Of a stretch of 64,000 nt of DNA, positions 47,152-55,993 are shown in pieces. The position numbers were made by a program, and so were the translations under genes. Source of the DNA: Candidatus Woesebacteria bacterium RIFCSPHIGHO2_01_FULL_39_32 (GTDB taxonomy: Bacteria; Patescibacteriota; Microgenomatia; UBA8517); NCBI GenBank assembly GCA_001792345.1, contig MGGJ01000006.1:22656-86655 (forward strand). Reading direction: 5' to 3'. Position 1 is the first letter of the stretch, and every line of letters starts with the position of its first letter. The notes under the pieces were generated by a model that made no database searches, had not been told where the DNA came from, and was given only the letters and a program-made list of their open reading frames with translations.

Positions 47152-47552
47152 CTCGTGAACCCAAAAAGTTTTATCCACTTTTTCCAATTTGGATCAGGCA
47201 AGACTTCTTCCTCCCTTTCGAATTTTGGTGCGAAGCTACGAACTATTTTATCCTCAGGCAAAATGATTACTATTTCCCCCTCTTTGCTCAAACCAAGATT
47301 ATCCCTTAGTTGTTTTTCAATAAACTCCTCAGATTGTACCTTTTCAAGTTTTTCTTGTAAGTTTTTCTGTTCCTCACGCAACGCACTTACCTTTCTTTCT
47401 TCTTCTTCAAGTAATAAACCAGCTTGTTTAATGTGAGCCAGGTTACGGATTACCGACAAAATAAGGGCTCCGAGAAAGATTAAAAGAAAAAAATGTACCG
47501 ATTTTTCCCCTATCCTTTTTATCTTTTCTTTGAGAATTCCAAGCATAGGCAA
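47148..47552 (-). CDS. FtsB/DivIC-like septum-formation initiator
   Basis: N-terminal TM segment, coiled coil 'LEEEERKVSALREEQKNLQEKLEKVQSEEF', C-terminal beta region. Confidence 0.5.
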   Translation of the reverse strand: MPMLGILKEKIKRIGEKSVHFFLLIFLGALILSVIRNLAHIKQAGLLLEEEERKVSALREEQKNLQEKLEKVQSEEFIEKQLRDNLGLSKEGEIVIILPEDKIVRSFAPKFEREEEVLPDPNWKKWIKLFGFTS

Positions 47553-47564
47553 AGTACTCTAGTT

Positions 47565-47640
47565 GACCTTTTTTTTAAAACTATGTTATCATACTATTCA
47601 TACCCTAACGGGAGGGGCTAAAAGCCCCTTTTTATATAAA
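47565..47640 (+). promoter_or_regulatory. Promoter-like TTGACC-N18-TATCAT followed by a hairpin GGGAGGGGCTAAAAGCCCCTTTTTAT upstream of the recombinase gene
   Basis: Read directly from the sequence; the hairpin plus T-run lies about 30 nt before the ATG at 47665. Confidence 0.35.
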
Positions 47641-47664
47641 AAGGGTCATCATTAAGATAACAGT

Positions 47665-48528
47665 ATGGCACAGATTAGCTTTCAAAGTCTTCTCCCCACC
47701 TTTATCCAGGATTTAGAGAAGAAGGGTCGTTCGCCCTCAACAATTTTAGCCTATAGAGCTGACCTTGAACAGCTCTTAGAATATTTGGCTAATAAGGCTA
47801 AGGCAGCACCTGACCAAGTAGTCCAAGCTGATATAGAGACCTTTCGAGACACGCTTCTTACCCAAAAATACACTCCCAAATCCGTATCAAGGAAATTAAA
47901 TGCGGTAAAAACTTTCTTTAGATGGCTAATTAGCGAGAAACATTCGATTTCAAATCCTACTGAAAACGTTGCCCATCCTAAGATCGAACCCGCCTTGCCT
48001 AAGTTTTTATCTCCCATTGAATATAGGGCTTTGAGAGACGTTGTAAGAGATGACCCCAGAATTGGAGCAATAGTTGAGCTCATTCTCCAAACAGGAATGA
48101 GAATTTCCGAAGTTGCGAATATGAAACTCGTGAATTTACGAGATAGTGAGGTCGTAGTTGAAGCTTATGCAACCCAACCCCAAAGAACGGTCCCCCTCAA
48201 CAAACCCGCAAAAGAATCCCTCGACGAATACCTTAAAGAAAGACCCAAATCCGATTCCCCTTATGTATTTGTAAGTAAAAACGGAAAACCCTTAGCAGTC
48301 AGAAATATTCGTGCCGCAATTGATCGGTACATGCAAAAGGCTGAAATACCTCAGTATTCAGTTAACGATCTTAGGACAACGTTCGTTGTTGAAAATTTAA
48401 AAGAAGGGGTCGATTTGGTGCTTCTCTCACAGGTTGTTGGACATAAACGCCTATCCACAACCGAGAGGTACCTCGATCTGGCTGGAGTCAAAGAGCCCGG
48501 CAAAAAACAAACTTTGGCGGAATTGTAG
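47665..48528 (+). CDS. Tyrosine site-specific recombinase (XerC/XerD-like integrase)
   Basis: N-terminal SAM-like domain; catalytic 'RISEV...', 'HKRLSTTERYLD' (H-x-x-R ... Y). Confidence 0.8.
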   Translation: MAQISFQSLLPTFIQDLEKKGRSPSTILAYRADLEQLLEYLANKAKAAPDQVVQADIETFRDTLLTQKYTPKSVSRKLNAVKTFFRWLISEKHSISNPTENVAHPKIEPALPKFLSPIEYRALRDVVRDDPRIGAIVELILQTGMRISEVANMKLVNLRDSEVVVEAYATQPQRTVPLNKPAKESLDEYLKERPKSDSPYVFVSKNGKPLAVRNIRAAIDRYMQKAEIPQYSVNDLRTTFVVENLKEGVDLVLLSQVVGHKRLSTTERYLDLAGVKEPGKKQTLAEL

Positions 48529-48580
48529 TTTACCAAAGTGCAGTCCTGAGCATGGCCGAAGGACAATCCCTCACCGAGCT

Positions 48581-49282
48581 TTAATTATTCCCTCTAAGCT
48601 CCTTTTGCAAATAATCTATGACATCTTTAGACTGGTTGCTTCGAACCTTTATTCTTCCCTTTTCTGCTACTTTCAAAGATTCTTTTGCGTACTCGAGCGC
48701 CTCTTTAACCTTTTTCTCAGAATTAAGAATTAAAGATTTGACCAAAAGTGCATGAGATAACCATACGGAAAAGTATTTTTTCTTAGCAGAATTTTCCTTT
48801 ATATCTTCTATCGCCTCGTCTACTAACTTATTAGCTCCATTTACACGTCCTGTTCTGAAATAGCAATAAGAAATATGAGCCTTTGTATCCCCAATCTGAG
48901 CTGAATTTCCTTCATAAAGTGGTAATAATTGCCTGAGATATTCCTCAGCCTTTTCAAATGCTCCAAGATTCAAGAGGGTGTTAGATACAGCCCTGATACT
49001 TAAAGGATTATTAAGTTTGTTCTCTCTATCATATTTCAACAAATCTTCGCCCAGCTTGAGTGCTTTTCTATACAAAGCTCCCCCCTCAAGACGATGTTGT
49101 ATAACATACTCTCCCATCGCAGTCGCGTAGATATTTTTAAGTTCTTTTGAAGAATCTTTTTGAAGTAATTTATTTATATCTTTGATTATAGATTCAAAAA
49201 GAAGTCTCGATTTTTCTAAATTTCCCTTTTCCCTGATATTAATCGCCTCGTCTATCCTATTTTCTAAACGCTTTATATTCAT
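48581..49282 (-). CDS. TPR-repeat protein
   Basis: Repeated 34-residue helical motifs ('AEEYLRQLLPLYEG...', 'YRKALKLGEDL...'). Confidence 0.55.
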   Translation of the reverse strand: MNIKRLENRIDEAINIREKGNLEKSRLLFESIIKDINKLLQKDSSKELKNIYATAMGEYVIQHRLEGGALYRKALKLGEDLLKYDRENKLNNPLSIRAVSNTLLNLGAFEKAEEYLRQLLPLYEGNSAQIGDTKAHISYCYFRTGRVNGANKLVDEAIEDIKENSAKKKYFSVWLSHALLVKSLILNSEKKVKEALEYAKESLKVAEKGRIKVRSNQSKDVIDYLQKELRGNN

Positions 49283-49354
49283 AACTGAAGTATATCAAAA
49301 GAAGATGGGCATGTATGGATTCGACCAAGTCTGACTTGGACCATTCTCCACCGT

Positions 49355-50083
49355 CTATACTTTAGTAGATGGTTGTACAACATCGGTCTGCTCAGGTTGC
49401 GGCGGTCCAATTCCTTCTACTTCATCAAGTAAATCGCTAATCTGGTTGTATGCCAATCTTGCTTCTAGCGTATCCCCTCCTAGAAATGGACCATTGAGAA
49501 TTCTTCCGATTGGGACGCCATTTAATCTATCTAATTTTCCTCTATTTCCCTCCTGCAAGAGCCTAGTTCTTACGTCATTAAATCTTTTAGATAGAGCGTT
49601 GTAGGTTTTGCCATCAATTGGTTTTTGTGCATCAAACTGTGGTTTTACCACAGTGGGTGATGCGGGTTTTTCTGTAATCGGGATACCTCTGGCTCTTAAT
49701 ACTGCTTCGATACGGCCACGAGGAACACCATTTTCAATGCTGTAATCTACATAATTCTGGAGTGCAGATGGTTGACTTTGGCCTGCGAGTACTAATTCTG
49801 CCAATTTATTTAAATAATCCAAACGTTCATCTACTGCAGCTTTAGTTTCATCAGTCGGTCCTTTATCTTTATCCGCCTCAATTTTTATACCGTTGACTGG
49901 ACTTTTGGAATCATCAACCTCAACAGTAGCAGGAGTTATGACTTCTAACGGTTCTTGAAAAGGGGGTTCAGGAATTTCTCCGGTGGTTGAAAGTTGAGGA
50001 TCTTTTGGAAGATCGACTGGCTTAGAAACCTGTGTATCTGGTTTAGGTATCCCTTGTTCAACTGATTCGGATGAATCGCTCAT
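49355..50083 (-). CDS. Hypothetical Pro-rich protein; start trimmed to the Met at 50083
   Basis: The first 20 codons of the track ORF 49355..50143 are the antisense of the tRNA at 50112-50183; the internal 'MSDSSESVEQ' start avoids the overlap. Confidence 0.4.
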   Translation of the reverse strand: MSDSSESVEQGIPKPDTQVSKPVDLPKDPQLSTTGEIPEPPFQEPLEVITPATVEVDDSKSPVNGIKIEADKDKGPTDETKAAVDERLDYLNKLAELVLAGQSQPSALQNYVDYSIENGVPRGRIEAVLRARGIPITEKPASPTVVKPQFDAQKPIDGKTYNALSKRFNDVRTRLLQEGNRGKLDRLNGVPIGRILNGPFLGGDTLEARLAYNQISDLLDEVEGIGPPQPEQTDVVQPSTKV

Positions 50084-50111
50084 AGTTTTATTCTGACAAT
50101 TTAAAATTATG

Positions 50112-50183
50112 TGCACCCGCTTGGATTCGAACCAAGGACCCACGACTTATAAGATCGTTGCTCTACCGCTGAGCTACGGGTGC
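50112..50183 (-). tRNA. tRNA-Ile with UAU anticodon, no encoded CCA
   Basis: Acceptor GCACCCG/CGGGTGC, D-arm GCTC-AGCGGTA-GAGC, anticodon stem ACGAT/GTCGT with loop CTTATAA, T-arm CTTGG-TTCGAAT-CCAAG. Confidence 0.7.
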
Positions 50184-50220
50184 TAAGCGAGGATATTATA
50201 TCAAAGCTGGGCTTGAAGTA

Positions 50221-50439
50221 TCAAAGGAATTTAATAATATCTTTTACCGAAAAATCTCTTTCTTCATTCTTATCCAAGTCCAGTGCTTTTAGAAGCCAAC
50301 CTTCTTTTGGATGCCATTGAGTCTTACCAAACCAGATTTTAATTGGCCGAACAGTTCTAATTGCAATCTTATTTTCCCAGTTTTTGTATTTGAATTTTAA
50401 AGCTTTTTGCATTTTTACTAACTCCTCACTACCAACCAC
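50221..50439 (-). CDS. Small hypothetical protein
   Basis: ORF downstream of the VirD4-like gene. Confidence 0.3.
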   Translation of the reverse strand: MVGSEELVKMQKALKFKYKNWENKIAIRTVRPIKIWFGKTQWHPKEGWLLKALDLDKNEERDFSVKDIIKFL

Positions 50440-50451
50440 TAACTACTTGTA

Positions 50452-52788
50452 TTATAGTTTCGCTCTTCTTGCAACTTCGGATTCAACTAGTTTTACATCG
50501 CGGCCATAGCGAAGTCTACTCATTTCTTTAATAATTTCGGCTACCTTTGGATTCATCAATTCTTTTTGCTTGGCCATATCCTTATAAAGTCCCATTGAAA
50601 ACGGAGGAACAGGTTCGTTATTTACAGTCGTTTTGATATAGACGTTATATTTTTCAATATTAAGAAGGTCCTCCTCAGAAAAGGTAGGGGTAAACTCGCG
50701 TTGCAGATAATTTGCATCGGTTACTCCAATGCGAAAACTTGCTATGGTACCCACGTTTCCGAATATGGCATTTTTAACTTCCTCGTCAACCTGTCCGATG
50801 AATTGATTTGCGACACATAAAGCCAATCGATATTTTCTGGCTTCGGAGAGTATTACGGCAAAATCTGGAGTCGCAAAGTTTTGGAACTCGTCAACATAAA
50901 GGAAAAAGTCTCGTCTTTGTTCTTTGGGTACATCAGAACGGCTCATTGCAGCCATAAGGATTCGAGGAACTAAAATTAATCCTAAGAAGCTTGAATTTTC
51001 CTCGCCGAGGTTACCTTTTGAGAGATTTACAAAAAGAATTTTTCCTTGATCCATCACTTCCCTTAAGGAAAAGGAGCTCTTTGACTGTCCGATTATATTC
51101 CTGATCATCTTATTGGTAACGAAACGCCCAAACTTAGAAGTAATGTAGTCGAGCACCTCCGATTTATGAAAGTCAGAAGTTTGAGCTATTTGATCGGTCC
51201 AATAGCGCCTTACGATTGGATCTTGAACTTTGGGAAGTATTTCCTGAACGTATCTTGAATCGGTTAAGACACGCATAACCTCAATAAAAGTACTTCCTTC
51301 TTCACTCATGACGGTAAGCATTGCATTTCTTACTGCATGCTCAAAACGGGGTCCTACTATACCGGTTTTGTAAGGATCGAAAAGTTTATACATCATATTT
51401 ATGACAGCAGTTGCTGCAAAATGCTTTTGGTCTTCAGTATTTGCTTCAAGTAAGTTTAATCCCATCGGACGCTCTGTATCTGCAGGATTAAAGTAAATCA
51501 CGTCTTCTGCTCGCTCAGGAGGAATCATCTGCAAAAGATCCTCAACCGTATCACCGTGCGGATCCATAAAACAAACACCTTTTCCGGCTTTAATGTCCTG
51601 CATGATCATATCTAAAAGAAGCTCAGATTTTCCGGTACCAGTTTTCCCTATTATGTAAATATGTCGCAGACGATCTTCGTTCCCTATATAAACCGGCCGT
51701 TTAATACCTCTATAAGAACTCTCGCCCAGATATAACCCCTCTTGAGGAATTTGTGCGGGAGCAGGAGCTTTCTTTGAATATATCCAGTAAATGTGAGGGG
51801 TAGTAATTAGTTTATTGGGAAAATGAAAAACGCTTGCCAACTCTTCCGAATTTAAGATGCTAACTCTATTACCTGCATAGTTAAAAAGAGGTTGATAACG
51901 GTATAGGAAGTCCTCAATAAATGCCCCCTTTCTCCAGATTTTTCTGCTTGAAAAATTATTCATTTCCCCAGAAAACTGTTCAAATGCACTCATTATGTTG
52001 GTCAGATGTGCATTAGCTGAAGCCTCGTTTTGGGAAACGCATACAATCCTTATACTCACTTCGAATCCAGGTTTTGAAATTTTATTTTCAACCGCTTCAA
52101 GGGTCTTTGTCGAAACCGCAAATTTTGCTTTTTCAGGGTCTGACTCTTGTTTTTTCGTCTGACCAATAAAGGAGGCTCCTGCTTTTTGCCAAGAAGAATC
52201 CGCCGGTGAAATTAATACCTGAATCGCAGCTGCTTCATCGGTACCCATTTTCGCTAGAGCAGATGTGAGAGATGCTAAAGGATCAGTAGGAAGATCTTTA
52301 AATACCTTTAGTGGGTAAAAATTTGGTTTTTTGAGCTGAATCGATTTATAAGCTACTTTGGCTTTTTCCAGAAAAATATTATATTCAGGTACCTCTATTA
52401 TTTCCGCATCAGAATAGGCTCCATGAATCTGTTTTTCTATTAGGTCCTGGAAAGTTTTCGGCGTCCATATATAAAAGCGTATATCTTCCTGTTTAGCAAC
52501 AATTTCAAATGAGATTGTAGGTTGTGACTTATACTTTTGCTTCCAACCACCTTTTTTGATGGAATATAGAGAAGAAAACATCTGTTCCATGGCGTCGATC
52601 TTAACTTCGTTATTCTTAGGAACTGCGACTTGAAGAAGTACTGAATCAATTGAATGTTCTTCTCTCCCCTTGCCTTTGAATAAAGCAAGTCCAAAAACTG
52701 CTGCGCCAACTAGAACAAATATAAAAAGTCCTGATAGAAATATTGTTATGAAAAAATATGTTAGATCAAATGGTGTTGTTGGTAACAT
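50452..52788 (-). CDS. Membrane-anchored P-loop ATPase, TraD/TraG/VirD4-like (type IV coupling-protein-like)
   Basis: Two N-terminal TM helices; Walker A 'IIGKTGTGKSELL'; Walker B 'LYVDEFQNFAT' (DEF motif). Confidence 0.5.
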   Translation of the reverse strand: MLPTTPFDLTYFFITIFLSGLFIFVLVGAAVFGLALFKGKGREEHSIDSVLLQVAVPKNNEVKIDAMEQMFSSLYSIKKGGWKQKYKSQPTISFEIVAKQEDIRFYIWTPKTFQDLIEKQIHGAYSDAEIIEVPEYNIFLEKAKVAYKSIQLKKPNFYPLKVFKDLPTDPLASLTSALAKMGTDEAAAIQVLISPADSSWQKAGASFIGQTKKQESDPEKAKFAVSTKTLEAVENKISKPGFEVSIRIVCVSQNEASANAHLTNIMSAFEQFSGEMNNFSSRKIWRKGAFIEDFLYRYQPLFNYAGNRVSILNSEELASVFHFPNKLITTPHIYWIYSKKAPAPAQIPQEGLYLGESSYRGIKRPVYIGNEDRLRHIYIIGKTGTGKSELLLDMIMQDIKAGKGVCFMDPHGDTVEDLLQMIPPERAEDVIYFNPADTERPMGLNLLEANTEDQKHFAATAVINMMYKLFDPYKTGIVGPRFEHAVRNAMLTVMSEEGSTFIEVMRVLTDSRYVQEILPKVQDPIVRRYWTDQIAQTSDFHKSEVLDYITSKFGRFVTNKMIRNIIGQSKSSFSLREVMDQGKILFVNLSKGNLGEENSSFLGLILVPRILMAAMSRSDVPKEQRRDFFLYVDEFQNFATPDFAVILSEARKYRLALCVANQFIGQVDEEVKNAIFGNVGTIASFRIGVTDANYLQREFTPTFSEEDLLNIEKYNVYIKTTVNNEPVPPFSMGLYKDMAKQKELMNPKVAEIIKEMSRLRYGRDVKLVESEVARRAKL

Positions 52789-53137
52789 TTGGATTGACTC
52801 CTTTCATTACAATCCTCCAACCAAAATGAATGGCCTTTTTAATTAGTCTAAGCCAAAAGAAAGCAAGCCACGTTAACGATTCGGCGGGGGAACCTTTCGA
52901 CCAATCGTCAAGTTGTTGCGCACTTGCGGGAATTGTTATTGTAACAACTTGTGTTGACGGGGTCTGAATCAGCTGAGCTCCTGTATCGTCAACTATCTGA
53001 GCAGTAACTTGACTAGGAACTTTTTGCACCCCCATTTCTTGCAACTCAGGAGTTGGTTCAGGCATTTCTTCTTCCTGCTCCCGAACCCCTTCAGGAATTT
53101 GCGGCTGTGGTTCTTGGTCTTTTCTTTCAGGCTCCAT
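52766..53137 (-). CDS. Hypothetical protein: acidic Pro/Glu-rich N-terminus, C-terminal TM
   Basis: ORF overlapping the start of the VirD4-like gene. Confidence 0.35.
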   Translation of the reverse strand: MEPERKDQEPQPQIPEGVREQEEEMPEPTPELQEMGVQKVPSQVTAQIVDDTGAQLIQTPSTQVVTITIPASAQQLDDWSKGSPAESLTWLAFFWLRLIKKAIHFGWRIVMKGVNPNVTNNTI

Positions 53138-53159
53138 ACTCTAACAATTGTAACACTAA

Positions 53160-53705
53160 TTACTTCTTCTTCCCTCTCCAAATCTCATCCTTAATTCCAG
53201 CTTTAGTATTAACTTCCCTTGCAAGCATAAATAATGTGTCCGACAGCCTATTTAAATACTCTAAAATCTGTGGTTTTATCCCTTCGACTTTGCTCAGGGT
53301 TACCATCCGACGCTCAACTCGACGGGCAAGTGCGCGGGAATATTGAAGTTGAGCAGAAACTAGATTTCCTCCGGGAACAATAAAATTTTTTAAAACCGGC
53401 AATTTTCCTTCCAATTCATCGATCAACCTCTCAAGTTTCTTTGTTTGAACGGAGGAAAAACGCAACTTCGACCCCGCGGTAATTGAGCCTATTGTTAAAA
53501 GATTTCTTTGTATTTCTCCAGCTACTTTTTGAGGCTTTTTGCCTTCTAGTGAAGTTTTAACTATCCCTAAAAAACTATTTAGCTCATCGATTGATCCCAG
53601 CGCTTCGACTCTTAATGAATCCTTCGAAACTCTAGCTCTCTGACTTGCCTCCTTGTCAAACATACTCGTTTCCCCTTTATCACCTCGCTTTGTGTATATA
53701 GCCAT
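53160..53705 (-). CDS. pduO: ATP:cob(I)alamin adenosyltransferase, PduO type
   Basis: N-terminal 'IYTKRGDKGETSMF' signature. Confidence 0.8.
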   Translation of the reverse strand: MAIYTKRGDKGETSMFDKEASQRARVSKDSLRVEALGSIDELNSFLGIVKTSLEGKKPQKVAGEIQRNLLTIGSITAGSKLRFSSVQTKKLERLIDELEGKLPVLKNFIVPGGNLVSAQLQYSRALARRVERRMVTLSKVEGIKPQILEYLNRLSDTLFMLAREVNTKAGIKDEIWRGKKK

Positions 53706-53794
53706 AATTTTAAATATTATGTGATTAGGATATTAAGATATTAGGAGAATAGGTACAATAATAAAAAACAATCTTTAGAAGAGATCTATTTGCT

Positions 53795-55993
53795 TCATAA
53801 TTCACACGTAGAAAATCCACACCTAGCACATTTGTAGCATTTTTTGTCTTTCTTTAAAGGTAAATCACAAGTTGGGCACATTTTGACTACTTCCTGCATA
53901 TCTTTATTCCCCCCAAATTCGAAGACCTGACCCTTTTTGGTTCTGTCTCGATAAACCGTCAAACCTTTACACCCAAGCTTCCATGCCAAGATATATGCTT
54001 CTTCAATATCACCCGGCGTTGCACTTGCCGGCATATTTATGGTTTTTGTTATAGCGTTATCTGTCCATTTTTGAAATGCCGCCTGCATTTTTATATGGTC
54101 TCGCCAATCAATATCATGAGCAACTTTAAAAACTCGTCGCAGATCCACTGGAATTTCCTTCATTTCTTGAATACTTCCGTGGTTTTCAATTATCTTTTGT
54201 ATCAATTCATCTGAATATAATCCTCTTTCTTTAAGTTTCTCGACAAAATTAGGTATTACGGTCCGAAGTCGCATGCCATCCATTACGTTTTGTTCGTATG
54301 CGAGTGCAAAATAGGGCTCAATCCCAAAAGAGGTCTCACAAATAACCGCATTTCCGCTTGACGGTGGGAAGGTCATCAAAGCAACATTTCTTGGTTTTTT
54401 CTTCTTACTAGCCCAAATAGAATCCTTTACCAGTGGAAAGGATCCTTTTTCCTCCGCAATCTCGCAAGAAGAGTCAAACGCTGACTCGTACATGGTTCTT
54501 GCAACTTTTTCCGCCAGGGTAAATGCTTCATCGCTGTCGTAAGGAATATTAAGCATGGCCAAGGCTTCTGCCCAACCAACCGCTCCAATTCCAATTCTTC
54601 TATGGTTTGAGACAGCATCCGCCACTTCCTTTACGGGAAATCTTGAAGCGTCGATAACGTCATCCATAAGCCTCACTGCAACCTTCATAACCTCTCCGAG
54701 CTTCTTAAAGTTGAATCCGCCAGTTGGCAGATCATTTTCAATAAACTTAACAAAATTTACATAACCCAGATTGCAGGATTCGAAAGGATATAGCGGTTCT
54801 TCTCCGCATGGATTTGTAGCCATAATTGGACCACGCTTAGCTAAAAGTGGGTTTGCAAGTGCGGTTCCTTGGTTTATTGCAGACAAATTAATTATCCCAG
54901 GATCTCCAGTCTGCCAAGCCATTGTAGCCACCAGCTCAAGAATTGACTTTGCTTTGACGGTATTTACCACTTCACCTGTTCTTGGATTTACTAAATTCCA
55001 GTCCTTTCCCTTCAAAGCAGCTTTCATAAATTCATCTTTAATTCCTACCGAAATGTTCGTCTTAGGAAGGTACCCATCAGCCTGTTTGGCTGTAACAAAA
55101 TTAAAAATATCTGAGTGATCGGCATTAAGAATAGCCATATTACCGGATTCGTATCTTCCCTCTTGTCTAAAAAGAGATGTCATTAAATCAAACATCTCAA
55201 TCATTTTAACCGGTCCTGCAGCCAAATCCGGAATACCACCAACAATGTCTCCTTCGGGTCGAATTTTTGAAAAGTTATAACCACACCCGCCTCCGTTTTT
55301 CTTTATCAGTGTGGACTTATGAAGAATATCAAAAATTCCGTCTATGTCGTCTTCCATAGGCCAGACAAAACAATTCGCAAGCTGAGGAGAAGCCTTCCCA
55401 GCATTGGCCAAGGTCCTCGTTCCAGGCAAGAATTCAAAATTAACCATAATCTTATAGAACTCCTCGTACCATGTCTCTTGAAGTTTTTTAGTCCTTTCTT
55501 CTTTTGCTAAAAAATTAGCAACCCTTTCTATCATTTGCCTTGGAGTTTCAATAATTTCTCCTTTAACGTTCCGTTGCAAATAACGTTGCTTTAGGATATA
55601 GAGAGTGTTATAGGTAAGTCCGATGTCGTCCTTTATACCAAGGCTCTCTTTATCCTGTCGGGCATGTTTTTTATTTTCGCGATAGCGAATAAACTCTTTC
55701 GCAGTTTTTGCGTGCCCTTTTTCGATTAAAACTTTTTCAACCAGTTCACCTATCTCCAATGTTTGTATGACTTCCCCATTCGGAAATCTTTCTTGTAAAG
55801 TAGCCAAAACCTCGCTTCCCAGCTCGTAAGCTAGTTTTCTATCATTATCCCCCACTTTTTGTGTAGCTTTCCAAATACTATCGGAAATTTTTTGTGGAGC
55901 AAATTCTTCAGTGTTACCACTTAACTTTAATACCTTTTTTGCTGGTGAAAGATGAGTTGTCTTCAACATTCTGAGTACCCACAGGAGAAACAT
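53795..55993 (-). CDS. nrdJ: Class II (adenosylcobalamin-dependent) ribonucleotide reductase NrdJ with N-terminal ATP-cone
   Basis: ATP-cone-like N-terminus; 'ANCFVWPMEDDIDGIFD'; active-site 'TNPCGEEPL'; C-terminal Cys cluster 'CPTCDL...CYKCARCGFSTC'. Confidence 0.8.
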   Translation of the reverse strand: MFLLWVLRMLKTTHLSPAKKVLKLSGNTEEFAPQKISDSIWKATQKVGDNDRKLAYELGSEVLATLQERFPNGEVIQTLEIGELVEKVLIEKGHAKTAKEFIRYRENKKHARQDKESLGIKDDIGLTYNTLYILKQRYLQRNVKGEIIETPRQMIERVANFLAKEERTKKLQETWYEEFYKIMVNFEFLPGTRTLANAGKASPQLANCFVWPMEDDIDGIFDILHKSTLIKKNGGGCGYNFSKIRPEGDIVGGIPDLAAGPVKMIEMFDLMTSLFRQEGRYESGNMAILNADHSDIFNFVTAKQADGYLPKTNISVGIKDEFMKAALKGKDWNLVNPRTGEVVNTVKAKSILELVATMAWQTGDPGIINLSAINQGTALANPLLAKRGPIMATNPCGEEPLYPFESCNLGYVNFVKFIENDLPTGGFNFKKLGEVMKVAVRLMDDVIDASRFPVKEVADAVSNHRRIGIGAVGWAEALAMLNIPYDSDEAFTLAEKVARTMYESAFDSSCEIAEEKGSFPLVKDSIWASKKKKPRNVALMTFPPSSGNAVICETSFGIEPYFALAYEQNVMDGMRLRTVIPNFVEKLKERGLYSDELIQKIIENHGSIQEMKEIPVDLRRVFKVAHDIDWRDHIKMQAAFQKWTDNAITKTINMPASATPGDIEEAYILAWKLGCKGLTVYRDRTKKGQVFEFGGNKDMQEVVKMCPTCDLPLKKDKKCYKCARCGFSTCEL

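Noticed and set aside
49315-49350. 'GGATTCGACC' T-loop-like string with hairpin CCAAGTC-TGA-GACTTGG
   Set aside because: Read on the minus strand, the loop would be TCGAATC, lacking the T54-Psi55-C56 pattern, and no cloverleaf forms. It is probably just a stem-loop between genes.
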